The notes beneath the pieces are model-generated. The model made no database searches. It was not told where the DNA came from and saw nothing but the letters and a program-made list of their open reading frames with translations. From assembly GCA_050613775.1 (NCBI GenBank), contig JBODTK010000147.1, positions 310,001 to 374,000 on the forward strand: a stretch of 64,000 bases of DNA, read 5' to 3'. Positions 28,208-48,781 of the stretch are shown piece by piece (position 1 is the stretch's first letter; every line of letters starts with the position of its first letter). The position numbers and the translations under genes are program-made. The DNA is from Neocallimastix sp. 'constans' (Eukaryota).

Positions 28208-29611
28208 TTTGTTATTATGCTTTATTATATTTCTTTTAAAGTTTAAATAATTTAAATTTAATTAAATATATATTTAAAATATCCAATAAATAATTTTTTT
28301 TATAATAGATATTTTTATTGCTTAATATTTTAAAATTAATATTAATAAAAAAATTTTAATTTGAATAATAATTGATATTATATAATTATAAATAAATAAA
28401 AAATAAAAGAAAACTCCTTTATATTTATATAAAAATAAAAATATAAAAAAAAATGAGTTTATATTCTTTAAATTTTAATATATTAATTTATAGTATAATA
28501 TATATAGATATATATAATATTTATATTGATCTTTTAAATTAAAATTTAATTTTATATCCATTCCACATAAATTTATCCTATATAATTTTAAACAATTAAA
28601 AATATTTGATCTTAACTATTCCACACAAAAAAATCCTTATTTATCTACTTTTAAAAAATTATACTTAACAATTTTGTAATTTATAAAAATATTTCTTTAT
28701 TACTTATAATAAAACTTAACTTTCTTTTACTATTAAGATACAATATAAATATAATATAATATATAATATATAAAAATAGTTTAATTATACATTGTATTTA
28801 ATCCACATTAGTTAATTTTAACTTAATATATATAATTACCAAAAACTAATATTTAAAATATTTAAATTTAAATAAATAACAAATATTATTAATATATTAT
28901 ATTTTAAAATTAATTTAATAAAAGTTTATTTATCAAAGCAAATAAAAATAAATCAATAAAGTATATTTATATATATGAATATATATATATTTTAAAATTA
29001 ATTATAAATATACATATAATATTATAATAATGAATTATTTTTTAAAAAGCGATTTCTTTAATTAATAATTTTTTATATTTAATAATTAATCTTCAATTTT
29101 TTTTTTTTTATAATTTTTAAATGTTTTATTAAAACGAAATCTTTAATATATAAGAAAACAAAAATTAAATGATATATTATTAAATAATAATTATTATTTT
29201 ATTTTAACAAATTTAATTATTTTTTTTTTTTTTTTGTTTTATACTTTTTCTATAAAAGAATTATGATTATATATAAATATATATATTTTTTTATTAGTAA
29301 TTATTATTATTATTATTATTATTATTATTGTATGATTTCAACATTAAACAGTACTTTATTAAAAGATAACCAAAAATAAATAATTTTAAATTAAAATTAA
29401 TATTTTATTTTAATTTTTGTTAGTATTTCTTTATATTATAACAATTATACATTAATTTAAATTTTAAAATAATAATATTAATTATATTATTTATCTTATT
29501 AATTAAATTATTAAAATAATAATAAAATTGGCGATAAAGCTCGAAAAAAAAAAATTACAAAAAAAAAATAAAATAAAATAAAATATAAAAAATTCCTAAT
29601 AAAAAAATAAA

Positions 29612-29669
<58 letters not shown>

Positions 29670-29956
29670 TAATATATATTTATTTTTTTATTATAATTTT
29701 TTTATTTTTATTTATTAGTTAATTAATATTTTTATGAATTTTACATATATATTTTTTAAATGTACTAATTAGAATAATATAATTATGGTGTATTTATTAA
29801 TGTTTTTATATTAAATTTTAAAATATGTTATTATTATATAGTATATCGATATATTATGTATTAACTATTTAAATTATATCAATTCTTTTTAATATATTCA
29901 ATAAATTAGAATTATTATATAATTTTTTTTTTTTATGGATAATTATTTTATATAAT

Positions 29957-31015
29957 TTAATTATTTTCAACTTTTTGATTTTCAGGACGAAGTGAACGAA
30001 CAGTTACTGCCGTTTGCCATAATTGCGATTCACGAAGTTCTTTCAATTCTTTAGAGAGATTTTCGCGATAATCTGGTTTAGAATTAGCAATTAATGTATT
30101 TTCTGCTTCTGTACCATTACGAACGGATTCATATAATTCTTCAAATACTGGTTTAGTAGCAGAATAAAATTTATCCATCCAATCAAGGGCTCCTCGACGA
30201 GCCGTCGTAGAACAATTATTATACATCCAATCCATGCCATTCTTGCCAATAAGAGGATAAAGAGATTGAGTAGCTTCTTCAACAGTTTCATTGAATGCTT
30301 CAGAAGGAGTATGACCATTGGAAATTAAAATTTCAAATTGAGCTTTGAAAATACCTTGAATACATCCCATAAGTGTTCCACGTTCTCCTGTAAGATCTGA
30401 ATAAGTTTCTCTTTCAAACGTAGTTGGATAAAGATAACCTGATCCAATAGCAATACCTGTGGCATATGCTCTTTCTTCTGCTTTTCCTGACCAATCTTGG
30501 AAAATGGCAACCGATGAATTAATACCACGACCTTCTAAGAAAAGAGAACGAACCGTAGTACCTGAACCCTTTGGAGCAACCATGATAACATCACAATCAT
30601 TTGGAGGAATAACTCCTGTTTTATCTTTGAAAACAATAGAGAAACCATGAGAGAAATATAAAGTTTTTCCATGAATTAAATCTTTAATACTATTCCATGC
30701 AGCTTTTTGACCAGCATCTGAAAGAAGATACATAATGATCGTACCCTTTTTACAAGCTTCAGTAATTTCGAAAAGAGTTTCACCTTCTATCCAACCATCT
30801 TCTTTCGCAAGATCCCAAGAAGGACCCTTACGAAGTCCAATGACCACTTTAAATCCTTTATCTCTTAAATTACGAGATTGATTACGACCTTGAGTACCAT
30901 AACCGATAACTGCGAAAGTATCATTCTTAAATATTTCATTTAATTTTTGTTGAGGAAAATCTGATCTTTCATAAACGGTTTCATCAACACCTCCAAAATT
31001 AATAGTTTTGACCAT
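29957..31015 (-). CDS. ILV5: Ketol-acid reductoisomerase, copy 3
   Basis: Intact 352-aa ORF with all KARI motifs. Confidence 0.97.
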   Translation of the reverse strand: MVKTINFGGVDETVYERSDFPQQKLNEIFKNDTFAVIGYGTQGRNQSRNLRDKGFKVVIGLRKGPSWDLAKEDGWIEGETLFEITEACKKGTIIMYLLSDAGQKAAWNSIKDLIHGKTLYFSHGFSIVFKDKTGVIPPNDCDVIMVAPKGSGTTVRSLFLEGRGINSSVAIFQDWSGKAEERAYATGIAIGSGYLYPTTFERETYSDLTGERGTLMGCIQGIFKAQFEILISNGHTPSEAFNETVEEATQSLYPLIGKNGMDWMYNNCSTTARRGALDWMDKFYSATKPVFEELYESVRNGTEAENTLIANSKPDYRENLSKELKELRESQLWQTAVTVRSLRPENQKVENN

Positions 31016-31803
31016 TTTGTTATTTTGTTTTGTTTTATTTCTTTGAAAATTACATAATTTTAATTTTAAATTTTAAATTTTAATTATATTTATTTTATTT
31101 TAAATTATCTAATAAATAATTTTTATCAATAATTTTTATATAATAGATATTTTTATTGATTAATATTATTATATTAATATTAAAAAGAAATTTTAATTTG
31201 ATTAATAATTGATATGATATAAAAATGAATAAATAAAAAAAAAAAAAAAAAAGAAAGAAAATTTCTTTATTTATATATAAAAAACAATAAATGAGTTTAA
31301 ATTTTTAAATTTTAATATATTAAATTATAGTATAATATATAGATATATATAATATTTATATTGACCTTTTAAATTAAAATTTAATTTATATCCATTCCAC
31401 ATAAATTTATCCTATATAATTTTAAAATATCAAAAATATTTAATCTTAACTATTCCACACAAAAAAATCCTTATTTATCTTCTTTTAAAAAATTATACTT
31501 AACAATTTTGTAATTTATAAAAATATTTTCTTTATTACTTATAATAAAACTTACTTTATTTTACTATTAAGATACAATAAAAATACAATATAATATATAA
31601 TATATAAAAATAGTTTAATTATACATTGTATTTAATCCACATTAGTTAATTTTAACTTAATATATATAATTACCAAAAACTAATATTTAAAATATTTAAA
31701 TTTAAATAAATAACAAATATTATTAATATATTATATTTTAAAATTAATCTAATAAAACTTTATCAAAGCAAATAAAAATAAATCAATAAATTATATTTAT
31801 ATA

Positions 31804-36976
<5,173 letters not shown>

Positions 36977-37108
36977 ATATATAAGTATATATATATATAT
37001 AATTTAAAATCAATTATAATTATACCTATAATATGATAATAAGGAATTCTTTTTTAAAAGTTGATTTCTTTAATTAATAATATTTTGTATTTAATAGTTA
37101 ATCTTTAA

Positions 37109-37139
<31 letters not shown>

Positions 37140-37325
37140 TAAATGTTTTTGTAAAACGAAATATTTAATATATAAGAAAACAATAATTAAATGATATATT
37201 ATTAAATAATAATTAATTATTATTTTATATTTTAATAAATTTAATTATATTATTTTTTTTAGTTTTATACTTTTTCTATAAAAGAATTATGATTATGTAT
37301 AAATATATATATTTTTATTAGTAAT

Positions 37326-37978
<653 letters not shown>

Positions 37979-38104
37979 GATTTTAACATTAAACAATTCT
38001 TTATTAAAAGATAACCAAAAATAAATATATACATATATATATTTAGAATCAAGACATAATTAAATTATAAATTAAAATTAATATTTTATTTTAATTTTTG
38101 TTAT

Positions 38105-38213
38105 TATTTCTTTATATTATATTCATTTAAATTTTAAAATAATAATATTAATTATATTATTTATCCTATTAATTAAACTATTAAAATAATAATAAAATTG
38201 GAGATAAAGCTCA

Positions 38214-38244
<31 letters not shown>

Positions 38245-38895
38245 AATAAAATATAAAAAATTCCTAATAAAAAAAAATTAATCATCAGTTAATATATATT
38301 TATTTTTTTATTATAATTTTTTCATTTTTATTTATTAATATTTTTATGAATTTTACATATATATTTTTTAAATGTACTAATTAGAATAATATAATTAAAG
38401 TGTATTTATTAATGTTTTTATATTAAATTTTAAAATATGTTATTATTATATAGTATTTCGAAATATTATGTATTAACTATTTAAATTATTTGTTTTTATT
38501 TCTTTATGTTATAACAATTATTCATTCATTTAAATTTTAAAATAATAATATTATTTATATTATTTATTTTATTAAATAAACTATTAAAATAATAATAAAA
38601 TTGGCGGTAAAGCTCGAAAAAAAAAATTACAAAAAAAAAAAATAAAATAAAAATAAAAAATTCCTAATAAAAAAAAATTAATCATCAGTTTATATATATT
38701 TATTTTTTTTATTATAATTTTTTTATTTTTATTTTTTAATCATTAATATTTTTATGAATTTTACATATATTTTTTAAATGTACTAATTAGAATAATATAA
38801 TTATGGTGTATTTATTAATGTTTTTATATTAAATTTTAAAATATGTTATTATTATATATTATATTGATATATTATGCATTAACTATTTAAATTAT
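38105..38895. repeat. Local ~390-bp tandem duplication of the ILV5 3' flank
   Basis: The block ATTTCTTTAT..AAATTGG(A/C)G(A/G)TAAAGCTC..AATCATCAGTT..AAATGTACTAATTAG..TAACTATTTAAATTATT occurs twice in succession. Confidence 0.85.
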
Positions 38896-38983
38896 TGTAA
38901 TTTTATTTAATATAGTTATTTATTCTTTAAATTAGAATCATTATATTATTAATTTTTTTATAAGGATAATTATTTTATATAAT

Positions 38984-40042
38984 TTAATTATTTTCAACTT
39001 TTTGATTTTCAGGACGAAGTGAACGAACAGTTACTGCCGTTTGCCATAATTGCGATTCACGAAGTTCTTTCAATTCTTTAGAAAGATTTTCACGATAATC
39101 TGGTTTAGAATTAGCAATTAATGTATTTTCTGCTTCTGTACCATTACGAACGGATTCATATAATTCTTCAAATACTGGTTTAGTAGCAGAATAAAATTTA
39201 TCCATCCAATCAAGGGCTCCTCGACGAGCCGTCGTAGAACAATTATTATACATCCAATCCATGCCATTCTTGCCAATAAGAGGATAAAGAGATTGAGTAG
39301 CTTCTTCAACAGTTTCATTGAATGCTTCAGAAGGAGTATGACCATTTGAAATTAAAACTTCAAATTGAGCTTTGAAAATACCTTGAATACATCCCATAAG
39401 TGTTCCACGTTCTCCTGTAAGATCTGAATAAGTTTCTCTTTCAAACGTAGTTGGATAAAGATATCCTGATCCAATAGCAATACCTGTGGCATATGCTCTT
39501 TCTTCTGCTTTACCAGACCAATCTTGGAAAACTGCAACCGATGAATTAATACCACGACCTTCTAAGAAAAGAGAACGAACCGTAGTACCTGAACCCTTTG
39601 GAGCAACCATGATAACATCACAATCATTTGGAGGAATAACTCCTGTTTTATCTTTGAAAACAATAGAGAAACCATGAGAGAAATATAAAGTTTTTCCATG
39701 AATTAAATCTTTAATACTATTCCATGCAGCCTTTTGACCAGCATCTGAAAGAAGATACATAATGATCGTACCCTTTTTACAAGCTTCAGTAATTTCGAAA
39801 AGAGTTTCACCTTCTATCCAACCATCTTCTTTAGCAAGATTCCAAGAAGGACCTTTACGAAGTCCAATGACCACTTTAAATCCTTTATCTCTTAAATTAC
39901 GAGATTGATTACGACCTTGAGTACCATAACCGATAACTGCGAAAGTATCATTATTAAATATTTCATTTAATTTTTGTTGAGGAAAATCTGATCTTTCATA
40001 AACGGTTTCATCAACACCTCCAAAATTTATAATTTTAACCAT
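38984..40042 (-). CDS. ILV5: Ketol-acid reductoisomerase, copy 4
   Basis: Intact 352-aa ORF with all KARI motifs. Confidence 0.97.
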   Translation of the reverse strand: MVKIINFGGVDETVYERSDFPQQKLNEIFNNDTFAVIGYGTQGRNQSRNLRDKGFKVVIGLRKGPSWNLAKEDGWIEGETLFEITEACKKGTIIMYLLSDAGQKAAWNSIKDLIHGKTLYFSHGFSIVFKDKTGVIPPNDCDVIMVAPKGSGTTVRSLFLEGRGINSSVAVFQDWSGKAEERAYATGIAIGSGYLYPTTFERETYSDLTGERGTLMGCIQGIFKAQFEVLISNGHTPSEAFNETVEEATQSLYPLIGKNGMDWMYNNCSTTARRGALDWMDKFYSATKPVFEELYESVRNGTEAENTLIANSKPDYRENLSKELKELRESQLWQTAVTVRSLRPENQKVENN

Positions 40043-41220
40043 TTTGTTATTTTGTTTTGTTATATTTCTTTGAAAATTATATAATTTTAATATTAAATTT
40101 TAATTTTTATTAAATTTATTTTATTTTTAAAATATCCAAGAAATAATTTTTATCAATAATTTTTTATATAATAAATATTTTTATTAACTAATATTATAAA
40201 ATTAATATTAATAAGAGATTTTATTTTGATTAATAATTGATATGATATAAAATTAAAAAATAAAAAAAAAAAAAAAAAAAAGAAACTCCTTTATATTTAT
40301 ATAAAACTAAAAATATAATAAAAAATAATGAATTAAAATTTTTTAAATTTTAATATATTAATTTGTAGTATAATATATATAGATATATATAACATTTATA
40401 TTGATCTTTTAAATTAAATTTTAATTTTATATCTATTCCACATAAATTTATCCTAAATAATTTTAAACAATTAAAAATATTTGATCTGAACTATTCCACA
40501 CAAAATAAATCCTTATATATCCATTTTTAAAAAATTATACTTAACAATTTTGTATTTTACAAAATTATTTTCTTTATTTCTATAGCATTTATAATGAAAC
40601 TTATTTTTTTTACTATTAAGATAAAAAAAAATACAATATAATTCATTATAATAGAATATATATATAATATATAATATATAAAAATAGTTTATTATATATT
40701 GAATTTAATCCACATTAATTTTAACATAATATATATAATTATCAAAAGCTAATATATAAATTTAAATAAATCACAGTTATTATTTATGTATTATATATTA
40801 AAATTGGTCAAATAAAAGCTGATTTATAAAATCAAATAAAAATAAACCAATAAATTGTATATATATATATATAATTTTTAATTAATTATAATTATACATA
40901 TAATATGATAATAAGTAATTTTTTTTTTTAAAAGGTGATTTCTTTAATTAATAATATTTTGTATTTCATAGTTAATCTTTAATTTTTTTTTTTTTTTTAT
41001 AATTTTTAAATGTTTTTTTAAAACCAAATCTTTAATATATGAGAAAACAAAAATTAATTTATATATTAATAATAATTAACTATTATTTTATTTTGATAAT
41101 TTTAATCATATTAATTTATTTTGTTTTTCACTTTTTCTATATTAAGAATTATTATTATATATTAAATATATATATTTCATATTTTTTAATTAGTTATTAT
41201 TATTATTATTATTATTATTA

Positions 41221-41251
<31 letters not shown>

Positions 41252-41639
41252 TTATAATAATTATTATTATTATTGTATGATTTCAACATTAAACAGTTCT
41301 TTATTAAAAGATAACCAAAAATAAATAAATAAATATATCTAATTTAAGAATTAAGGCATAATTAAATTATAAATTAAAATTAACATTTTATTTTAATTTT
41401 TGTCAGTATATCTTTTTATCTAACAATTATTCATTCATTTAAATTTTAAAATAATAACATTAAAAGTATTATTTATCGTATTAAATAAACTATTAAATTG
41501 ATAATAAAATTGACGATAAGGTTCTATTAAAAAAAATAAAAAAAAATAAAAAAAAATAAAAATAAAAATAAAAAATAAATAATAAAAAATAAAAAATAAA
41601 ATAAAATAAAATAAAATTTAGCAATAAAACTTCCAATTG

Positions 41640-41683
<44 letters not shown>

Positions 41684-42007
41684 GTAATAATAAAATTATA
41701 AATCATTTGTTAATATACTTATTTTTTTTTTTATTATAATTTTTTTATTTTTATTTATTAGTTAATTAATATTTTTATGAATTTTACATATATTTTTTAA
41801 ATGTACTAATTAGAATAATAAAATTAAAGTGTATTTATTAATGTTTTTATATTAAATTTTAAAATATTTTATTTTTATATAGTATTTCTATATATAATAC
41901 ATTAATTATTTAAATTATTTAAATTATGTTTAATATAGTAATTTATTCTTTAAATTAGAATTATTATATTATTAATTTTTTTTATAAGGATAATTATTTT
42001 ATATAAT

Positions 42008-43066
42008 TTAATTATTTTCAATTTTTTGATTTTCAGGACGAAGTGAACGAACAGTTACTGCCGTTTGCCATAATTGCGATTCACGAAGTTCTTTCAATTC
42101 TTTAGAAAGATTTTCGCGATAATCCGGTTTAGAATTAGCAATTAATGTATTTTCAGCTTCTGTACCATTACGAACTGATTCATAGAGCTCTTCAAATACT
42201 GGTTTAGTAGCAGAATAAAATTTATCCATCCAATCAAGTGCTCCTCGACGAGCCGTCGTAGAACAATTATTATACATCCAATCCATTCCATTCTTGCCAA
42301 TAAGAGGATAAAGAGATTGAGTAGCTTCTTCAACAGTTTCATTGAATGCTTCAGAAGGAGTATGACCATTGGAAATTAAAACTTCAAATTGAGCTTTGAA
42401 AATACCTTGAATACATCCCATAAGTGTTCCACGTTCTCCTGTAAGATCTGAATAAGTTTCTCTTTCAAACGTAGTTGGATAAAGATAACCTGATCCAATA
42501 GCAATACCTGTGGCATATGCTCTTTCTTCAGCCTTACCAGACCAATCTTGGAAAACTGCAACTGATGAATTAATACCACGACCTTCTAAGAAAAGAGAAC
42601 GAACCGTAGTACCTGAACCCTTTGGTGCAACCATGATAACATCACAATCATTTGGAGGAATAACTCCTGTTTTATCTTTGAACACGATAGAGAATCCATG
42701 AGAGAAATATAAAGTTTTTCCATGAATTAAATCTTTAATACTATTCCATGCAGCCTTTTGACCAGCATCTGAAAGAAGATACATAATGATCGTACCCTTT
42801 TTACAAGCTTCAGTAATTTCGAAAAGAGTTTCACCTTCTATCCATCCATCTTCTTTCGCAAGATTCCAAGAAGGACCTTTACGAAGTCCAATGACCACTT
42901 TAAATCCTTTATCTCTTAAATTACGAGATTGATTACGACCTTGAGTACCATAACCGATAACTGTGAAAGTATCATTCTTAAATATTTCATTTAATTTTTG
43001 TTGAGGAAAGTCTGATCTTTCGTAAACGGTTTCATCAACACCTCCAAAATTTATAGTTTTAACCAT
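42008..43066 (-). CDS. ILV5: Ketol-acid reductoisomerase, copy 5
   Basis: Intact 352-aa ORF with all KARI motifs. Confidence 0.97.
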   Translation of the reverse strand: MVKTINFGGVDETVYERSDFPQQKLNEIFKNDTFTVIGYGTQGRNQSRNLRDKGFKVVIGLRKGPSWNLAKEDGWIEGETLFEITEACKKGTIIMYLLSDAGQKAAWNSIKDLIHGKTLYFSHGFSIVFKDKTGVIPPNDCDVIMVAPKGSGTTVRSLFLEGRGINSSVAVFQDWSGKAEERAYATGIAIGSGYLYPTTFERETYSDLTGERGTLMGCIQGIFKAQFEVLISNGHTPSEAFNETVEEATQSLYPLIGKNGMDWMYNNCSTTARRGALDWMDKFYSATKPVFEELYESVRNGTEAENTLIANSKPDYRENLSKELKELRESQLWQTAVTVRSLRPENQKIENN

Positions 43067-44007
43067 TTTGTTATTTTGTTTTGTTATATTTCTTTGAAAA
43101 TTATATAATTTTAATATTAAATTTTAATTTTTATTAAATTTATTTTATTTTTAAAATATCCAAGAAATAATTTTTTTATAATAGATATTTTTAATGCTTA
43201 ATATTATAAGTTTAATATTATAAAAAGTTTTAATTTGATTAATAATTGATATTATATAATTATAAAAAATAAAAAATAAAAGAAAACTCCTTTATATTTA
43301 TATAAAAATAAAAATATAATAAAAAATAATGAATTAAAATTTTTTAAATTTTAATATATTAAATTATAGTATAATATATATAGATATATATAACATTTAT
43401 ATTGACCTTTAAATTAAAAATTAATTTTATATCCATTCCACATAAATTTATCCTAAATAATTTTAAAATATCAAAAATATTTTATCTGAACTATTCCACA
43501 TAAAATAAATCCTTATTTATCTTCTTTTAAAAAATTATACTTAACAATTTTATAATTTATAAAAATATTTTCTTTATTTCTTTATTATTTATAATAAAAT
43601 TTACTTTCTTTTACTATTAAGATACAATAAAAATACAATATAATTCATTATAATACTATACATATATTATATAATATATAAAAATAGTTTATTATATATA
43701 TATATATAATTTTTAATTAATTATAATTATACATATAATATGATAATAAGTAATTTTTTTTTAAAAGGTGATTTCTTTAATTAATAATATTTTGTTTTCA
43801 TAGTTAATCTTTAATTTTTTTTTTTTTATAATTTTAATATGTAAAATCTTTAATATATAAGAAAACATAAAATAAATGATATATTATTAAATAATAATTA
43901 ATTATTATTATATTTTAATAAATTTAATTATATTATTCTTTTTTTGTTTTATACTTTTCCTATAAAAGAATTATGATTATTTATAAATATATACATTTTT
44001 ATTAGTA

Positions 44008-44056
<49 letters not shown>

Positions 44057-44149
44057 TATTATTATTATTATGTTATTATTATTATTATTATTATTGTATG
44101 ATTTCAACATTAAACAGTTCTTTATTAAAAGATAACCAAAAATAAATAA

Positions 44150-44186
<37 letters not shown>

Positions 44187-44811
44187 AAGAATTAAGGCAT
44201 AATTAAATTATAAATTAAAATTAATATTTTATTTCAATTTTGTCAGTATTTCTTTTTATCTAACAATTATTCATTCATTTAAATTTTAAAATAATAACAT
44301 TAATTATATTATTTATCTTATTAAATAAACTATTAAATTGATAATAAAATTGATGATAAGGCTCTATTAAAAAAATAAAAAAAAAAAAAAAAATAACAAA
44401 AATAAAAAATAAAAAATAAAATAAAATAAAATAAAATTTAGCAATAAAACTTTCTAATGAAAAAAATAATAATAATAATAATAATAAAATTATAAATCAT
44501 TTGTTAATATATACTTATTTTTTTTTATTATAATTTTTTTTTATTTTTATTTATTAGTTAATTAATATTTTTATGAATTTTACATATATATTTTTTAAAT
44601 GTACTAATTAGAATAATATAATTAAAATGTATTTATTAATGTTTTTATATTAAATTTTAAAATATTTTGTTATTATATAGTATATCGATAAATTATGAAT
44701 TAATTATTTAAATTATTTCAATTCTATTTAACATAGTTATATATTCTTTAAATTAGAATCATTATATTATTAATTTTTTTTTTTGTTGTAAAGATATTTA
44801 TTTTATTTAAT

Positions 44812-45870
44812 TTAATTATTTTCAACTTTTTGATTTTCAGGACGAAGTGAACGAACTGTTACTGCCGTTTGCCATAATTGCGATTCACGAAGTTCTTTCA
44901 ATTCTTTAGAAAGATTTTCGCGATAATCTGGTTTAGAATTAGCAATTAATGTATTTTCTGCTTCTGTACCATTACGAACTGATTCATATAATTCTTCAAA
45001 TACTGGTTTAGTAGCAGAATAAAATTTATCCATCCAATCAAGGGCTCCTCGACGAGCAGTGGTAGAACAATTATTATACATCCAATCCATGCCATTCTTA
45101 CCAATAAGAGGATAAAGAGATTGAGTAGCTTCTTCAACCGTTTCATTGAATGCTTCAGAAGGAGTATGACCATTGGAAATTAAAACTTCAAATTGAGCTT
45201 TGAAAATACCTTGAATACATCCCATAAGTGTTCCACGTTCTCCTGTAAGATCTGAATAAGTTTCTCTTTCAAACGTAGTTGGATAAAGATAACCTGATCC
45301 AATAGCAATACCTGTGGCATATGCTCTTTCTTCAGCCTTACCAGACCAATCTTGGAAAATGGCAACCGATGAATTAATACCACGACCTTCTAAGAAAAGA
45401 GAACGAACCGTAGTACCTGAACCCTTTGGTGCAACCATGATAACATCACAATCATTTGGAGGAATAACTCCTGTTTTATCTTTGAACACGATAGAGAATC
45501 CATGAGAGAAATATAAAGTTTTTCCATGAATTAAATCTTTAATACTATTCCATGCAGCTTTTTGACCAGCATCTGAAAGAAGATACATAATGATCGTACC
45601 CTTTTTACAAGCTTCAGTAATTTCGAAAAGAGTTTCACCTTCTATCCATCCATCTTCTTTCGCAAGATTCCAAGAAGGACCTTTACGAAGACCAATGACC
45701 ACTTTAAATCCTTTATCTCTTAAATTACGAGATTGATTACGACCTTGAGTACCATAACCGATAACTGCGAAAGTATCATTCTTAAATATTTCATTTAATT
45801 TTTGTTGAGGAAAGTCTGATCTTTCATAAACGGTTTCATCAACACCTCCAAAATTTATAGTTTTAACCAT
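44812..45870 (-). CDS. ILV5: Ketol-acid reductoisomerase, copy 6
   Basis: Intact 352-aa ORF with all KARI motifs. Confidence 0.97.
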   Translation of the reverse strand: MVKTINFGGVDETVYERSDFPQQKLNEIFKNDTFAVIGYGTQGRNQSRNLRDKGFKVVIGLRKGPSWNLAKEDGWIEGETLFEITEACKKGTIIMYLLSDAGQKAAWNSIKDLIHGKTLYFSHGFSIVFKDKTGVIPPNDCDVIMVAPKGSGTTVRSLFLEGRGINSSVAIFQDWSGKAEERAYATGIAIGSGYLYPTTFERETYSDLTGERGTLMGCIQGIFKAQFEVLISNGHTPSEAFNETVEEATQSLYPLIGKNGMDWMYNNCSTTARRGALDWMDKFYSATKPVFEELYESVRNGTEAENTLIANSKPDYRENLSKELKELRESQLWQTAVTVRSLRPENQKVENN

Positions 45871-47722
45871 TTTGTTATTTTGTTTTGCTTTATTTCTTTA
45901 AAGTTTAAATAATTTAAAATTAATTAAATATATAGTTAAAATATCCAATAAATAATTTTTTTATAATAGATATTTTTAATGCTTAATATTATAAGTTTAA
46001 TATTATAAAAAGTTTTAATTTGATTAATAATTGATATTATATAATTATAAAAAATAAAAAATAAAAGAAAACTCCTTTATATTTATATAAAAATAAAAAT
46101 ATAATAAAAAATAATGAATTAAAATTTTTTAAATTTTAATATATTAATTTATAGTATAATATATATAGATATATATAACATTTATATTTAAATTAAAATT
46201 TTATTTTATATCCATTCCACATAAATTTATCCTAAATAATTTTAAACAATTAAAAATATTTGATCTGAACTATTCCACACAAAATAAATCCTTATATATC
46301 TATTTTAAAATGATTATACTTAACAATTTTGTATTTTACAAAATTATTTTCCTTATTTCTTTAGCATTTATAATAAATTTTAGTTTATTTTACTATTAAG
46401 ATACAATAAAAATACAATATAATTCATTATAATACAATATATATATATATTATATATAATATGTAAAAATAGTTTATTTTATATTGTATTTAATCCTCAT
46501 TAATTTTAACATAACATATATAATTATCAAAAGCTTATATTTAAATTTAAAGATATTATTTATGTATTATATATTAAAATTGATCTAATAAAAGCTGATT
46601 TATAAAATCAAATAAAAATAAACCAATAAATTGTATATATATATATAATTTTTAATTAATTATAATTATACATATAATATGATAATAAGTAATTTTTTTT
46701 TTAAAAGGTGATTTCTTTAATTAATAATATTTTGTATTTCATAGTTAATCTTTAATTTTTTTTTTTTTTTATAATTTTTAAATGTTTTTTTAAAACCAAA
46801 TCTTTAATATATGAGAAAACAAAAATTAATTTATATATTAATAATAATTAACTATTATTTTATTTTGATAATTTTAATCATATTAATTTTTTTCGTATTA
46901 CACTTTTTCTATATTAAGAATTATGATTATATATTTTATATATAATACATTTTTTAATTAGTTATTATTATTATTATTGTTATTGTTATTATTATTATTA
47001 GTAGTAGTAGTAGTAGTATTTTTAGTGCATTATTTTAACATTAAACAATTTTTTATTAAAAAATAACCAAAATATATATTTAATTTAAGAATCAAGGCAT
47101 AATTAAATTATAAATTAAAATTAACATTTTATTTTAATTTTTGTCAGTATATCTTTTTATCTAACAATTATTCATTCATTTAAATTTTAAAATAATAATA
47201 TTAAAAGTATTATTTATCTTATTAAACAAACAATTAAATTGATAATAAAATTGACGATAAGGTTCTATTAAAAAAAATAAAAAAAAATAAAAAAAATAAA
47301 AATAAAAATAAAAAATAAAAAATAAAAAATAAAAAATAAAATAAAATAAAATAAAATTTAGCAATAAAACTTCCAATTGAAAAAAAAAAAAAAAAAAAAA
47401 ATAGTAATAATAAAATTATAAATCATTTGTTAATATATATATATTTATTTTTTTTATTATAATTTTTTTTATTTTTATTTATTAATCTTTAATATTGTTA
47501 TGAATTTTACATATATTTTTTAAATGTACTAATTAGACTAATATAATTATGGTGTATTTAATAATGTTTTTATATTAAATTTTAAAATATGTTATTATTA
47601 TATAGTACATCGATATATTATGTATTAACTATTTAAATTATATCAATTCTATTTAATATATTCAATAAATTAGAATTATTATATTATTAATTTTTTTTAT
47701 AAGGATAATTATTTTATATAAT

Positions 47723-48781
47723 TTAATTATTTTCAACTTTTTGATTTTCAGGACGAAGTGAACGAACTGTTACTGCCGTTTGCCATAATTGCGATTCACG
47801 AAGTTCTTTCAATTCTTTAGAAAGATTTTCGCGATAATCCGGTTTAGAATTAGCAATTAATGTATTTTCAGCTTCTGTACCATTACGAACTGATTCATAT
47901 AATTCTTCAAATACTGGTTTAGTAGCAGAATAAAATTTATCCATCCAATCAAGTGCTCCTCGACGAGCGGTCGTAGAACAATTATTATACATCCAATCCA
48001 TGCCATTCTTACCAATAAGAGGATAAAGAGATTGAGTAGCTTCTTCAACCGTTTCATTGAATGCTTCAGAAGGAGTATGACCATTTGAAATTAAAACTTC
48101 AAATTGAGCTTTGAAAATACCTTGAATACATCCCATAAGTGTTCCACGTTCTCCTGTAAGATCTGAATAAGTTTCTCTTTCAAACGTAGTTGGATAAAGA
48201 TAACCTGATCCAATAGCAATACCTGTGGCATATGCTCTTTCTTCTGCTTTTCCTGACCAATCTTGGAAAACTGCAACCGATGAATTAATACCACGACCTT
48301 CTAAGAAAAGAGAACGAACCGTAGTACCTGAACCCTTTGGTGCAACCATGATGACATCGCAATCATTTGGAGGAATAACTCCTGTTTTATCTTTGAAAAC
48401 AATAGAGAAACCATGAGAGAAATATAAAGTTTTTCCATGAATCAAATCTTTAATACTATTCCATGCAGCCTTTTGACCAGCATCTGAAAGAAGATACATA
48501 ATGATGGTACCCTTTTTACAAGCTTCAGTAATTTCGAAAAGAGTTTCACCTTCTATCCATCCATCTTCTTTTGCAAGATCCCAAGAAGGACCTTTACGAA
48601 GACCAATGACCACTTTAAATCCTTTATCTCTTAAATTACGAGATTGATTACGACCTTGAGTACCATAACCGATAACTGCAAAAGTATCATTCTTAAATAT
48701 TTCATTTAATTTTTGTTGAGGAAAGTCTGATCTTTCATAAACGGTTTCATCAACACCTCCAAAATTAATAGTTTTAACCAT
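47723..48781 (-). CDS. ILV5: Ketol-acid reductoisomerase, copy 7
   Basis: Intact 352-aa ORF with all KARI motifs. Confidence 0.97.
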   Translation of the reverse strand: MVKTINFGGVDETVYERSDFPQQKLNEIFKNDTFAVIGYGTQGRNQSRNLRDKGFKVVIGLRKGPSWDLAKEDGWIEGETLFEITEACKKGTIIMYLLSDAGQKAAWNSIKDLIHGKTLYFSHGFSIVFKDKTGVIPPNDCDVIMVAPKGSGTTVRSLFLEGRGINSSVAVFQDWSGKAEERAYATGIAIGSGYLYPTTFERETYSDLTGERGTLMGCIQGIFKAQFEVLISNGHTPSEAFNETVEEATQSLYPLIGKNGMDWMYNNCSTTARRGALDWMDKFYSATKPVFEELYESVRNGTEAENTLIANSKPDYRENLSKELKELRESQLWQTAVTVRSLRPENQKVENN